In this document: positions 13,601-24,985 of the stretch, one piece after another
Numbering within the stretch: position 1 is the first letter of the stretch
Layout of the letters: each line of letters opens with the position of its first letter
NCBI RefSeq assembly: GCF_018350175.1
Contig: NC_058368.1
Span: 55,678,001 to 55,742,000 of the forward strand
Reading direction: 5' to 3'
Length of the DNA stretch: 64,000 nucleotides
Origin: Felis catus
Lineage: Eukaryota
Program-made: the position numbers and the translations under genes
The notes under the pieces: generated by a model
The model's database searches: none
Told to the model about the DNA's origin: nothing
What the model saw: the letters and a program-made list of their open reading frames with translations, nothing else

Positions 13601-15565
13601 ATAAAGATATTTGGAAACTATGATGAAAGGTGAGAAGAGTTTTTGTACATATGTCTACTGAAAGAAGCTGGATAGGAAAAAAAAAACAAGTAGAGTGAAT
13701 GCCTGGAAATACAGAACAAAGGAAACAATATATAAGATTGTGAGTGAATTAGATGAGAATACATAGAAAATGGAATGCCTCTCTGCTATAAAAGAAGTGA
13801 AAAAGAACATGATGGACCTAGCTGCATGGCCATTTGGTGGATAAAACAGGAGAGTCGGTCTATCCAGACTTTCTATTTTTGTTCAATTGTGTAATAGGTG
13901 GCAATTTCTTCCATTGAGAATAAGAAAGAAACGAGGGTTGCCAAGTTTTGAGGACTGGAATTGATTTCAAAGACTATTGTAGAAAGATGAGTGTCATAGA
14001 AAAGTGTTGCAGTGATTCAGGGCATTGTTCAGTGACCATTAATGGTCAGTGGTTCTGAATTTATGATAGTACCAATTCACATAAACAGTGCTCTAAATTC
14101 TGCATTAGTTTAGAGAAGCTAAGTCATTTTAGAAAAGTTTTTGGCCTGCATGGATATATGTTCTAAGTGTAGAAGAATACAACAAATTGTAGGAGGCTCA
14201 CAATAAATGATAAAATCACAAATATTTGGAATGTAAGCAAGCTAAAAAGAAAAAGAAGAAAATTGCAGGGGTGTAATAGATAAGAGCATATAAGGAGTGA
14301 TAATTATCTCTTTTCTGTGTAAAATAACTGAGAAAATCAAAGCACTTTGCCTAATGGCAAAATGTCTAGGAAACAAAGGATTTTCTCTTTAGTGTTGCAT
14401 ATGCAAATTCTCAGAAATTTCTTGGTAGATGTTGGATACATGTATTTCAGATAATTCAGTGGTGACCTACAAGTTAAGGGTTAATGGTGAAAGCTGACCT
14501 ATTATATTTTCTTATGATATTTATGTGTGTACTTCATTTACTATCAGCATCTTCTAGTAAAGATGAGAATTTTAAAAATGTTGTGGGCTAATGCTAGATA
14601 TCTCATTGTGGGATATTGGTGGGTTGGTTTCTTTTTCAGACAGTACAAAAGTAAAATTTTTTTCATAACATATTTGAGGATCAACAGAATTGGGAAATAT
14701 CTTAGTGACTAGGTGTCTCATTGACTAGAATTGATACATGTATCTGGAATAAGCAGCCCTGATTATTTTTGTCTCATGTTTTGGAGAGGCAAATTCAATA
14801 AATTATGAAACTTTCACAGAAGGGGATTTATACATACTTTTAAAATAATGAAATAGTTAAATATGCACTGGCATGGAAAACATGAAATGCACTGCCATCA
14901 AGTAATAGTTTTATATTGTTAACTGAGAAGGTGTAGATGAAATAACAGTATGTATTACATGGTATAATTTCAAGAAAAAGTAACGATAGTAACAAAGTCA
15001 AAATGCAATAGACAATAATGTAGAGATATGCAAGATCGAATAAGTAAACACCCTTCTCCTCACTCAAGTTCAGAATTAATTGAGAGGTGGACAAATTATT
15101 TAGACTCTTGGGTATTACAAGTATCAGCTTTATCACTGAAAAACCCAAATGGAAATTTAACCATAAATTTAATTGGGAGATCTGAGGAAAGAGACAAAGA
15201 GGGTTGATATTGTAGCAGGAAAATTTTTTTGATAAATGTCAAAATGTATAATATATAAAAAATTAATTTGTTTATATTAGTGATAACTTCTTTGTAACAC
15301 AGTATACATTTAGAGAAGAAAAGAGTCCTAAAATGAGAGAAAATATTTGCAACATATGAGATATTGCATGAGATAGAGATTTGATATTTAAAATACTTAA
15401 TTCCTACAGATCAGTACAATGTAAAATAAGTATAATTAAACACTTTCCTTCCAGTTACCATAGACAATTCTGTTTTTCATTTCACTATTAAAATGTTCTT
15501 TAATTCAGTGACTATTAGATATTTTTTACATTCATATATTTCAAATATGAGATTTTAATAATGAC

Positions 15566-15768
15566 TTTTTTTTTTAAGTTTGAGAGGGAAAGAGCATGTG
15601 TATACGTGCAGGTGGGGGAAGGGCAGAGAGAGTGAAAGAGAGAATCCCAAGCAGGCTCCGCACTGCCAGCATGGTGCCCGACATGGGGCTCATACTCATA
15701 AACCGTGAAATCATTACCTGAGCCACATCCAAGAGTTGGCTTAACCAGCTGAGCCACCCAGGAGCTCC
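15566..15768 (-). mobile_element. CanSINE
   Basis: Typical body; TSD aataatgac at 15557-15565 and 15769-15777. Confidence 0.93.
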
Positions 15769-16133
15769 AATAATGACATTTTCATACAAATTTGAAAAAG
15801 CTTTTCACCATCCTCACTAAAGCAACTTCGAAAAAATATACTTCAGGAGGAAAAGTCTCAGATCGAAAAATCTTTATATTTCATAATTTCAAGAAATGTA
15901 AAAGTAAAATTTCTTGGATGTTTGTTTCAAGCACTCTGATATTTTTTGATAAATGAATCATTTTTCATTTATGCCTGTGATTAAAATTTCAATTTAGTTA
16001 TGTTTATAATGAAGGAATGATAATCAAACACAATTTGTTAAATAATACAAACTTCCTCAAGAACTTGCCAATAAAACTTAGGTTCCTATCTTTTAATAAT
16101 TATTTATATTACATATTATATTTGTATACAATA

Positions 16134-16286
16134 TAAACTTACATATACTATATATAACATTAACAACATATTTACATATTGTCTAACAATGTGCATTTAT
16201 ATTTGTATGTGTATATATATTAACTTACATATACTATAAAAAACATATTTATACATCATCTAACAATGTGCACTTGTATCTGTGTG
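16134..16286. repeat. Imperfect direct duplication (~70-85 bp units)
   Basis: aacttacatatactata...aacatattta...tctaacaatgtgca occurs twice (from ~16135 and ~16222). Confidence 0.75.
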
Positions 16287-16613
16287 ACACTCATGAAATG
16301 TTTTAAATTTAGAAAACACAAAGGAATTAAAAGTTTTCAAGGGAGTATTTCACAATTTTTTCCCTTCAGTTTAATCACACAGTTACACAATTCTTTAGGG
16401 GTAGTTTATGCACAAAATATCATTGTTAATTGCAATCTATCAATAAAAGAAATTAAAGAAATAAATAGTATCTGGAAAATAGTTTTCCATTTATAATAAG
16501 TAATCAAATGTAATGAGCAATAATTTAATCATTCAGAGTTGGGATCTTGAAATATTGCAATTCTACAAACAGTTTGTGCAACAGATTATTAACTATACTT
16601 AAAAGGATTTATT

Positions 16614-16826
16614 GGGGTGCCTGGGTGGCTCAGTCGGTTAAGCATCTGACTTTGCCTTAGGTCATGATCTCACAGCTTGTGAGTTTGAGCCCTGCATTGG
16701 GCTTGTGCTGAGAGCTCAGAGCCTGGAGCCTGCTTCAGGTTCTGTGTCTCTTTCTCTCTCTACCCCTCCTCCACTCACACTCTGTGTGTGTCTCTCAAAA
16801 ATGAATAAATCCTTAAAATTTTTTTT
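16614..16826 (+). mobile_element. CanSINE
   Basis: ggggtgcctgggtggctcagtcggttaag head; TSD-like gatttatt on both sides. Confidence 0.95.
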
Positions 16827-17939
16827 AAAGATTTATTGATTTTATATTGTGTTTATACTACAAGTCTGAAATTTTGAGATGTTTCTATATTAGCCATGAT
16901 TTTCAGGGAAAAGACAAATTTATTACTGGCTTGAAAAAAAAATGGAATATTTTTTGTAGATATATCACAACTCTGATAACCAAAAAGGCTTGCAAATATG
17001 TGGGTTATTTATTCAACATCAATGGCTGAATCTCAGGACAGTGAAGCTTGTGATGTTTTAACTTGCATTATTCCCATACTCCTCTCTCAGCTCCACAGTA
17101 GCCTTATAAACAAATACAGTAGCCATGAAAACTGGAAGCTTAGTAGCCACTAGGTGGCAAAATGCGTTTGAAAGTCCGCAAAAAGATCTAATCCTAGAGA
17201 ATTGCGCTGTTTAACCTGTCTGGCCACTATTTGAAAATTTTGTCCCACAAACTATTTGTGTTTGAACTAACGAAGAGCTCATTCAGTGTGACCAGTCTTT
17301 ACCCTGCAGCATTTGTTGAAATCAATTCGCAGAAATTACTTAACATTGCACCTGAGGCAGGATAACAATTGGGGAAAATAAGAGGCTGACCAAAAAACTT
17401 AAAAGAGAAATCAGGAGAACGCGATGCCTACAGGATGTTTCAGAAAACTCCAACATACTGCTGCAAATTCAGAAGGACATGTGTGCATGGTCCTCTATGT
17501 GCTCAAGAAGTATCTGAAAAAACCCTTATGTCTCATTTACAGCTGATCATGAGACTCTGCACAAATGGTGTGAAGACTCCTGCCAAGTTGTAAATTTCCA
17601 GGGTGTAGTAGGCATCCCCAAATACGCTGATTGCACATTGTGGTCAAGACCGAGCTATTTCTTAGTTCAAGGAATTAAGGAAATTTCTGTCTGATTTCCA
17701 GATAACAAGTATTGAAGCAGAAACTTTATCAGTCACACGATATAAATATACAAACTTTATTGAATTGGTTTAGTTTCGAAAAATCAACAAGCAAACAGAA
17801 CCAGTGGCAAAAACTGCAACAAATAGGAACTATGATATTGTACCCTGAGTGAGGAATATCTGATTACAAGCTTGCAACATTATATTATAAAATGACCAGT
17901 TTTGAGAAATAAAATGTCCAGTTTAAAAAGAAACTAAAG

Positions 17940-18275
17940 AGCCAGGCAAAGAAAGACAGATACCATATGTATTCACTCATATGTGGATCTTGAGAAACTT
18001 AACAGAAGACCATGGGGGAGGGGAAGGGGGGAAAAAGGGGAAAAAAAGTTACAGAGAGGGAGGGAGACAAATCATGAGACTCTTAAGGACTGAGAACAAA
18101 ATAAGGGTAGATGGGGGGTGGGGGAGAGGGGAAAGTGGGTGATGGGTTGGGAGGAGGGCACTTGTTGGGATGAGTACTAGGTGTATGGAAACCAATTTGA
18201 CAATAAATTACATTAAAAAGTTAAGTATTGAAATATTCAAAATAAAATAAAAATTAAAAAGAAAAAAACAAAAGA
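17940..18275 (+). mobile_element. 5'-truncated felid LINE-1 3' end
   Basis: gaaagacagataccatatg...tggatcttgagaaacttaacagaagaccatggggg...tatggaaaccaatttgacaataaa plus A-rich tail; homologous to the reverse complement of 60403-60700. Confidence 0.92.
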
Positions 18276-19190
18276 AAAATATCTAGACATGCAAAGAAAA
18301 AGGAAAGAATGGCTCATATATAGAAAAAAATTAAGAGCTATTTCTGGAGGAGTCCACACGTTAGACTTATTACACAAAGACTTTAAAGTAGCTTTATTAA
18401 AAAATACTCAAAGAACTACAGAAATCCATGTCTCTAAAGACCTCTAAAATGTACAAGAATAAGAACACATAAAAAGAGGATATCAATAAAAATATTAAAA
18501 GTATAAAAACCAAATATAATTTTGGAATTGAAGAGCATAATAATGGAAATGAAAAAATGTATTAGAGGTGCTCAGTAGCAGATTTGTGCTACCAGAAAAC
18601 ATAATTAATCCTTAAGATAGGTCAATTAAAATTATCCAATCAGAGGAAGAGAAAGAAAAGGAATAAAAATTAACAGAGCCTCTTAGATTTGTGGGACACT
18701 ATCAACAGCAAAATGCACATATTGTGATTCCCTGAAAGTAAGAAGAGAGATAAAGGGACAGACATAGTATTTGAAAAAATAATGGCTTAAAACTTCCCAA
18801 ATTTGCTTAAGAATCCTAATTTAAATATCCAAGGAGCTCAGCAAATCAGATATGATACATTTAAAGGAACACAGATCACTCAAACTCTTGAAAGCCAGAT
18901 TCTTGAAGGCAACAACAGAGAGGTTATTTATCATATACAAGTGATAATAAATGAAATTAACTGATTTCTTTTAAGAAAACAGGGAGGCAAAAATATTCAA
19001 AAGTGAAAGAAAAAGACTGTCTATATCCAGTCTTTTTAAGAAACAGAACTGGGACAATTGGATATCTTTCTAAAGATTTATGTATTTGAACTTCATATCA
19101 TATATAAAATTAATTAAAATTGTATCATATACTTAGATGTAGGAATTAAACTATAAATTATAACTCTATGAAGAAAATGTAGGAGTCCAT

Positions 19191-19337
19191 GGGCTCTGTG
19201 CTAACAAACAGCCCAGAGCCTGGAGCCTCCTTCAGATTCTGTCTCTCTCTCTCTCTCTCTCCCCCTCCCCTGCTCATGCTCTGCCTTTCTCTGTCTCTCA
19301 AAAATAAATAAATGTTAAAAAAATTAGAAAAAGAAAA
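19191..19337 (+). mobile_element. 5'-truncated CanSINE (first unit of head-to-tail dimer)
   Basis: Starts mid-element (gggctctgtgctaacaaacagc) directly after the left TSD at 19171-19190. Confidence 0.93.
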
Positions 19338-19567
19338 GGGGGAGCCTGGGTGGCTCAGTCGGTTGCACATCCAGCTTCAGCTCAGGTCATGGTCTTGCAG
19401 TTCATGAGTTCAAGCCCCTTGTCGGGCTCTGTGCTAACGAACAGCTCAGAGCCTAGAGCCTACTTCAGATTCTGTATCTCTCTCTCTCTCCCCCTCCCCT
19501 GCTCATGCTCTGCCTCTCTCTGTCTCTCAAAAATAAAAAAAAAATGTTAAAAAAATTTAAAAAGAAA
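19338..19567 (+). mobile_element. Full-length CanSINE (second unit of dimer)
   Basis: Head gggggagcctgggtggctcag; followed by the right TSD aagaaaatgtaggagtccat at 19568-19587. Confidence 0.95.
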
Positions 19568-20180
19568 AAGAAAATGTAGGAGTCCATCTTTGTGACCTTG
19601 GATTAGGCAATTGGTATAACAACAAAAGCATAATTATTATTAAAATAAATTTGACATCATCAAAATTAACAATATTTTTGTTTCAAATGACACTTAAAAA
19701 TAAAGATAATCTATACAATGGGAAAATTCATGTCATTTCTCATGTATACAATATCAGATATATTTATATTACCAGATATGTTACCTATTATAATATATCA
19801 GATATAATATTTATGATATCAAGTATATTTGTCATGTACATATCATGTGTCTGATAAAGAACTGGTATCCAGCATAAAGAATTCTCAGAACTCAAAATCA
19901 GAAGACAAGAAAAAAAACCCAATTTTAAAAATGGTCAAGGGCTTGAATGAACATTTTTTCAAAGAAACATATAAATGCACAATAAGCACAGGAAAAAAAT
20001 GCTTGACATCATTAGTTATTAGAAAATGGAAATTAAAACCCACATAACATGTCATTCTCGCTAGGAAGGCCAAAAATAAAATTTAATAAAAGTAAGTTAT
20101 GTCAGGGAGAAATTGGAACCATCACACATTGGTAGTGAGATTTTAAAATGGCACAGCCACTTTGAGAATCATTTGGTAGT

Positions 20181-20401
20181 GGGGCGCCTGGTGGCTCAGT
20201 CAGTTAAGCGTCTGACTTCAGCTCAGGTCATGATCTCACAGTTCGTGAGTTCAAGCCCCACATTGGGCTCTGTGCTGACAGCTCAGAGCCTGGAGCCTGC
20301 TTTGGATTCTGTGTCTCCCTCTCTCTCTGACCCTCCCCTGCTCATGCTCTGTCTCTCTCTGTCTCAAAAATAAATAAAACATTAAAAAAATAAAAAAAAA
20401 A
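20181..20401 (+). mobile_element. CanSINE
   Basis: Typical body; degenerate TSD agaatc(attt)ggtagt. Confidence 0.95.
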
Positions 20402-21118
20402 GAATCGGTAGTTTCTTACAATATTGAACATAAATCTACAATATGACATGGTATTCCTTACCAACTGTATAACCAAGAGAATTTAATACTCCTGTCCAAA
20501 CAAAAACTTGTACACTAACTACATAATTACCCTATTAACTGTTAAATAATAATGTATTGATATACACAATTTGATTATCCATCCATCCGGTCCATCCGTT
20601 GGTGGGTATTTGTACTATTTCTGCTCCTTGCATATTCCTATCTATCCATTTGCATCTCTATTTATGCTTTAGAAATTTGTATTCAGTGAATAAGTGTCAC
20701 TTTCCTTTCTGTATTTATTTTGGGAAAGTTTTGTTTCAGATTGCTGTTTATTATAAAATTGTGTGAGTTATATACATGACTAGCATGAAACAAATGCACT
20801 CCTACATCTTTAAAATTTCTGTTACATGACTTATTGCATTATCCACTTAAAAGAAGTATAAGAATGTTGAATTAAAATGAAGCTGAGTGTTGAGAACTTT
20901 GGAAAATGTCAAGTTGTTTTGAAGTAATATGTTTTGCACTAATGTTATTCTATTCACTACACTGCTGTGGAGCTTAAGTAAAGTCACAGATGCTTTTGCA
21001 AGGTAAAATAAATAAAATAAGAGTAACTTCATCTCAGTTATGAAAACTCTGTGTAGTCTCAAAGGAAACAGGATATTGCATGAAACATACCTTGATATTC
21101 CTGAAAATTCCAAACAGT

Positions 21119-21520
21119 TGTTAAACAAGACAATTCAGATTTACGTAAGAAAAATTTTTATTCACGAAATTGCAGTAAGGAGAGTACTTGGACTTCAGTG
21201 TCTGTAAGCATGTCTAGATCAAACAGAAAAGGATTTCTTTAATAGAGGAAAGGAGGACTAGCAGGAACATTGTGGGGTGTAGGACAAGTAGATGGGCTGC
21301 TGAACAGATGGAAAAAACAGGATTTTTCTATAGGAAATGTATCGCTCCATGGTCAGCCAATTTACAGAGTGAAATTTTAAGATGGGCTGTTTTGCGCTTT
21401 AGTGCTTATTTACACTAGGGCAATCCAGAGTTTAGGGACCTATGAAGTGAACAGAAACCTGATTAAATTTCATGGAACCAAATCAGTCTTAGGTAGTAGA
21501 TATTGTAGTCACTTCGTCAA
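21119..21520 (-). mobile_element. Possible solo LTR (ERV1-like)
   Basis: Begins tgttaaa; antisense polyA signal ttttatt at ~21157; GC-richer than flanks; similar layout to 59386-59844. Family not identified. Confidence 0.35.
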
Positions 21521-21734
21521 TTTCAAGTATGTTCAAGAGTTGGTTATAAAAGACCAACTGGTCCATGTGAGGCAATCTCTGTGTTTATATAACTGCACAA
21601 AAATGATCTATGTCTTCCTATAAATTCTGCAAAATACATGGTTTTGCTCTGACTTATCTTTTATGGCTAATTTTTAACATATCTCTGTTTCATCATTAAA
21701 GTATGATCTTTAATAATAGCGATTATCACACTTT

Positions 21735-21850
21735 CTGAGAGTGTGAGTCTGCAGTCAGAAAGGTCTGGTATTCCAACTTCATTCCATTCAGTACAACTAC
21801 TGAGAACTTCAGGTGAGTTGGCTTAGAGTCTCAGACCCAAATTATATAAT
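21735..21850. mobile_element. MIR fragment
   Basis: tctgcagtcagaaaggtctgg...aacttcaggtgagttggcttagagtctcag resembles the MIR core. Confidence 0.45.
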
Positions 21851-21913
21851 TTTAAGATGATTTAAAAATATTTTTCATGCAACATTAAAATGTTTATTTC
21901 AAAAAACGGTATA

Positions 21914-22120
21914 GGGGTGCCTGGGTGGCTCAGTTGATTAAGCCTCTGACTCTTCATTTCAGTCAGGTCATGATCTCATGGTTTGTGAGATCGAGCCTGA
22001 CATTGGGCTCTGTGCTGACAGCAGGGAGCCTGCTTGGGATTCTCTTTCCCTCTGTCTTCCCTTCTCCTGCTTGCACCCTCTCTTCTCTCTCTCAAAACAA
22101 ATAAATAAACATTTGAAAAA
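21914..22120 (+). mobile_element. CanSINE
   Basis: Typical head, cttgggattct-type body, aataaa tail. Confidence 0.95.
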
Positions 22121-23079
22121 ACAACAATAGTAGGTCTGAAAAGAGAGAAAGGCAGAGAGAGAGAAATTATACCTTACTCTGCCTTATTTCAAACTGTATT
22201 AATGGGCAAATCAGTTTTTATAAAACTAAATGTTATATTTACTTTGAATATTTTAGACAAATAGGGAATTGTCACTGTGAGAGAAGTACATCTTAAAACT
22301 ATTTATGATTGTTCTTTTTAAAAAATACTTACATATTTTAAGAATCTTGAAAAAAATGTGTCCAGTATTTTGATAGATTTTATGCAAAACACGAATAAGC
22401 CTGATACTGCTTTAAAATTAGCAATTAATATTTTCATTTAAAAGGTCTATACTAATTACAGGATGACAATAAGTTATTGTTCATTTTGCATTTATTTTAT
22501 TAAGTTTCTAATTATTCATTGATTCATATTTTTTGTTATTTTTCTTTTACTAACTTTTGGCATTTCATTTTTTTAAGTCTTAATACTGTCATGAATTCAT
22601 TGACTTGTTTATCAAATGAAAGTCTTAGTTTTTGCCATTCACATACACCTCAAGTGTATTTCCCAACCTATATTCTTTGTTTGATAATGGGATTAGGGAC
22701 ATGTAAAAATTCTTAGTAATGATGTGTTCAGATTAGTAGGAGCTAATAGTTTTGTTTATTCTTTCATTTCCAAGAAATTTGTCACAGCTATGGAAGCTTG
22801 ATAAACATTGAATACAATTTGTTTCTTTCCCACTGAATTTTTAAGTATATGTCTCTGTTATATAAACTTAAAATGATTTCATTGCAATGAGAAGTTGGTG
22901 AATTCATAAATTTTTTATCCATCAGATATGGGAAAATTACTTTTTTCTTAATTTATACTCTAGGTCTTTTTCATCTAAGCTATGATGAAAAGTTCTAATT
23001 AGAGAGATGGGTACTGAAAAGTGGTTGTGTATAGGAAAATAACATCATCAAGTAAGAATTATTTTTAAGTGTGTAATTA

Positions 23080-23240
23080 TTTATTGTGAGAAACTACTTC
23101 ATTAGAAATGAGTGAACTTAAAAAGACTGACAATACCAAATGTTGGTGGGTACGTGGAGCAGCTGGAACTCTTGTACATTGCTAGTGAGGATGTGAATGG
23201 TGCAGACACTTTGGAAAACAATGGCTAGTCTCTCCATGAG
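23080..23240 (+). mobile_element. Old LINE-1 ORF2 3' fragment
   Basis: aaaagactgacaataccaaatgttgg...ggagcagctggaactc...cactttggaaaaca. Confidence 0.7.
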
Positions 23241-23509
23241 ATTTTGTACTTTTAAAAGTACAACATTTTTGGCCAGAGAGAAGCAAATGTACACACGTGT
23301 ATTTTGTTATATTTAATTTATTTTAAAAAATTGTCACTTTTGATCTGTGTATATATACTGATACACATACACAGAGTGTAATAGGAGAGAAGGGAGAGGG
23401 AGAGCGAGAGGCCTTGACATAGGCATTTGAAGATGATACAGGGAAATTAATATCATTTTCTTTCATTTTTAAGTTATCAAAGTTGAAGGTTATAAACACA
23501 TGTGTATAT

Positions 23510-23729
23510 TTAAAATTTTTCTTAACATTTATTTATTTTTGAGGAACAGAGTGAGACAGAGCATGAGTGGGGGAGGGGCAGAGAGAGAAGGGGGACACAG
23601 AATCTAAAGCAGGCTCCAGGCTCTGAGCTGTCAGCACAGAGCCTGATGCAGGGTTCGAACTCATGGACTGAGAGACATGACCTGAACTGAAGTTGGACAC
23701 CTAACCAACTGAGCCACCCAGGTGCCCCC
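23510..23729 (-). mobile_element. CanSINE
   Basis: Typical body; followed by TA/TG simple repeats to ~23890. Confidence 0.95.
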
Positions 23730-24049
23730 ATACACACACATATATACACATAAAAATCTGTATGCATGTATATATGTGTGTGTGTGTGTGTATATATGTA
23801 TGTATATATAATGTTCTTATATGCCAAACATATTTTTATATAATGAATTTATATATCACACACATATATAATAGGTATATGTGTGTGCATATGATAAAGA
23901 CAGATTTCTTACTGCTTGTATTTTTCTGTATATCCTTATAAACATATGAATGTGTATTAATTAAAGCACCTACCTGAAAATCAGGTATCCTAGGTTAAAA
24001 TCCCAGCTGTGATGCTTGCTTTTAGGAAATATTCTTAAGGGCTATTGCA

Positions 24050-24485
24050 TTTCTTTACAGGCTATGATTGAGACATAGACTGCATTTCAATACTTTTTTT
24101 CATGGATTTTAGTATAGCAACTAGCTCTAGAAAACAGAAAAAGTACCTCCCTTCAAAACAAAGTGCGCATTTGTTAACTACCTTAAAAAGTTAGAGATAT
24201 TGTCACTTTACAGAACAAAAGCTGCCATACTTACTTCCCATCATTTTGTAATAGAAACCATACATGTGTAGTCATAGATCTTGACCTATATTTGCTGTCC
24301 TCACTGAAATTTCAGACAAGAGAAACTGAAAAAAAAATGCTGAATTTCAAATGTTTGCTCTGCTATGAGAAAGTGTTTTGTTTCTGACCTAGGAATCTAC
24401 TGTCTTTGACCAGCATCCATAAAATTGTTTTAGATTAACTCATTCTAAGTAGGGTAAAATTTTATGGCCTTCACAGTTCTTAGCA
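24050..24485 (+). mobile_element. ERV1-class solo LTR (MER34/MER39-like)
   Basis: 3' end tttctgacctaggaatc...cagcatccataaaattgt...aagtagggtaaaat...ccttcacagttcttagca. 5' boundary uncertain. Confidence 0.55.
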
Positions 24486-24510
24486 TTTACTAGCTCTATG
24501 ACTTTGACAC

Positions 24511-24985
24511 TGCATTCATTTCCTAGGGCCGTTGTAATAATATATGATAAAATGGATAACTTAAAACAACAGAAATGTATCTGTCATTGTTCTTGAGGGC
24601 AGAAGTCTAAAGTCAAGTTGTCAGTAGGGCCATGCTCCATGACTCTGTGCTTTCTCTTATAGTCTAGGTAGAATGCTTCCTTGCCTCTTTCTAGCTTTTG
24701 ATGATGAATGTCCATCCTTGACGTTCCTTGGCTTGCAGCTGTATCACTTCGGTTTCTGCCATCACACGGCATTCTGTCATCACATTCTCCCTGTGTCACT
24801 GTGCCTGCATCTAAATTCCTCTCTCCTTATAAGTACATCAGTCATATTGGATTAAAAGCAACCTGTACTCCAGTGTGACCTCATTTTCACTTTATGAAAT
24901 CTGCAACGATTCTATTTCCAAATAAGTTCACTGATTCTGAGCTACTGGGGTTTAAGTCTTTGGCATATCTTCTTGAATTTCGGAC
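24511..24985 (-). mobile_element. MaLR LTR (MLT1-type)
   Basis: tttcctagggccgttgtaataa...ttaaaacaacagaaatgtat...cagaagtctaaagtcaagttgtcagtagggcc...tatttccaaataagttcac...ataattcaacc. Confidence 0.85.

Larger units (their letters stand above)
17020..20520 (+). mobile_element. Old LINE-1 (L1MC/L1MD-like) with 5' region, ORF1 and ORF2 3' remnants; internally deleted and interrupted by younger elements
   Basis: Motifs acattatattataaaatgaccagtttt...agacatgcaaagaaa; ORF1-like gtatttgaaaaaataatggcttaaaacttcccaaattt; ORF2-like tgaatgaacattttttcaaagaaacatataaatg. Confidence 0.7.

Noticed and set aside
14840..15148. 102-aa hydrophobic ORF as a membrane protein
   Set aside because: Hydrophobicity is expected from T-rich DNA; non-ATG start; no recognisable family.
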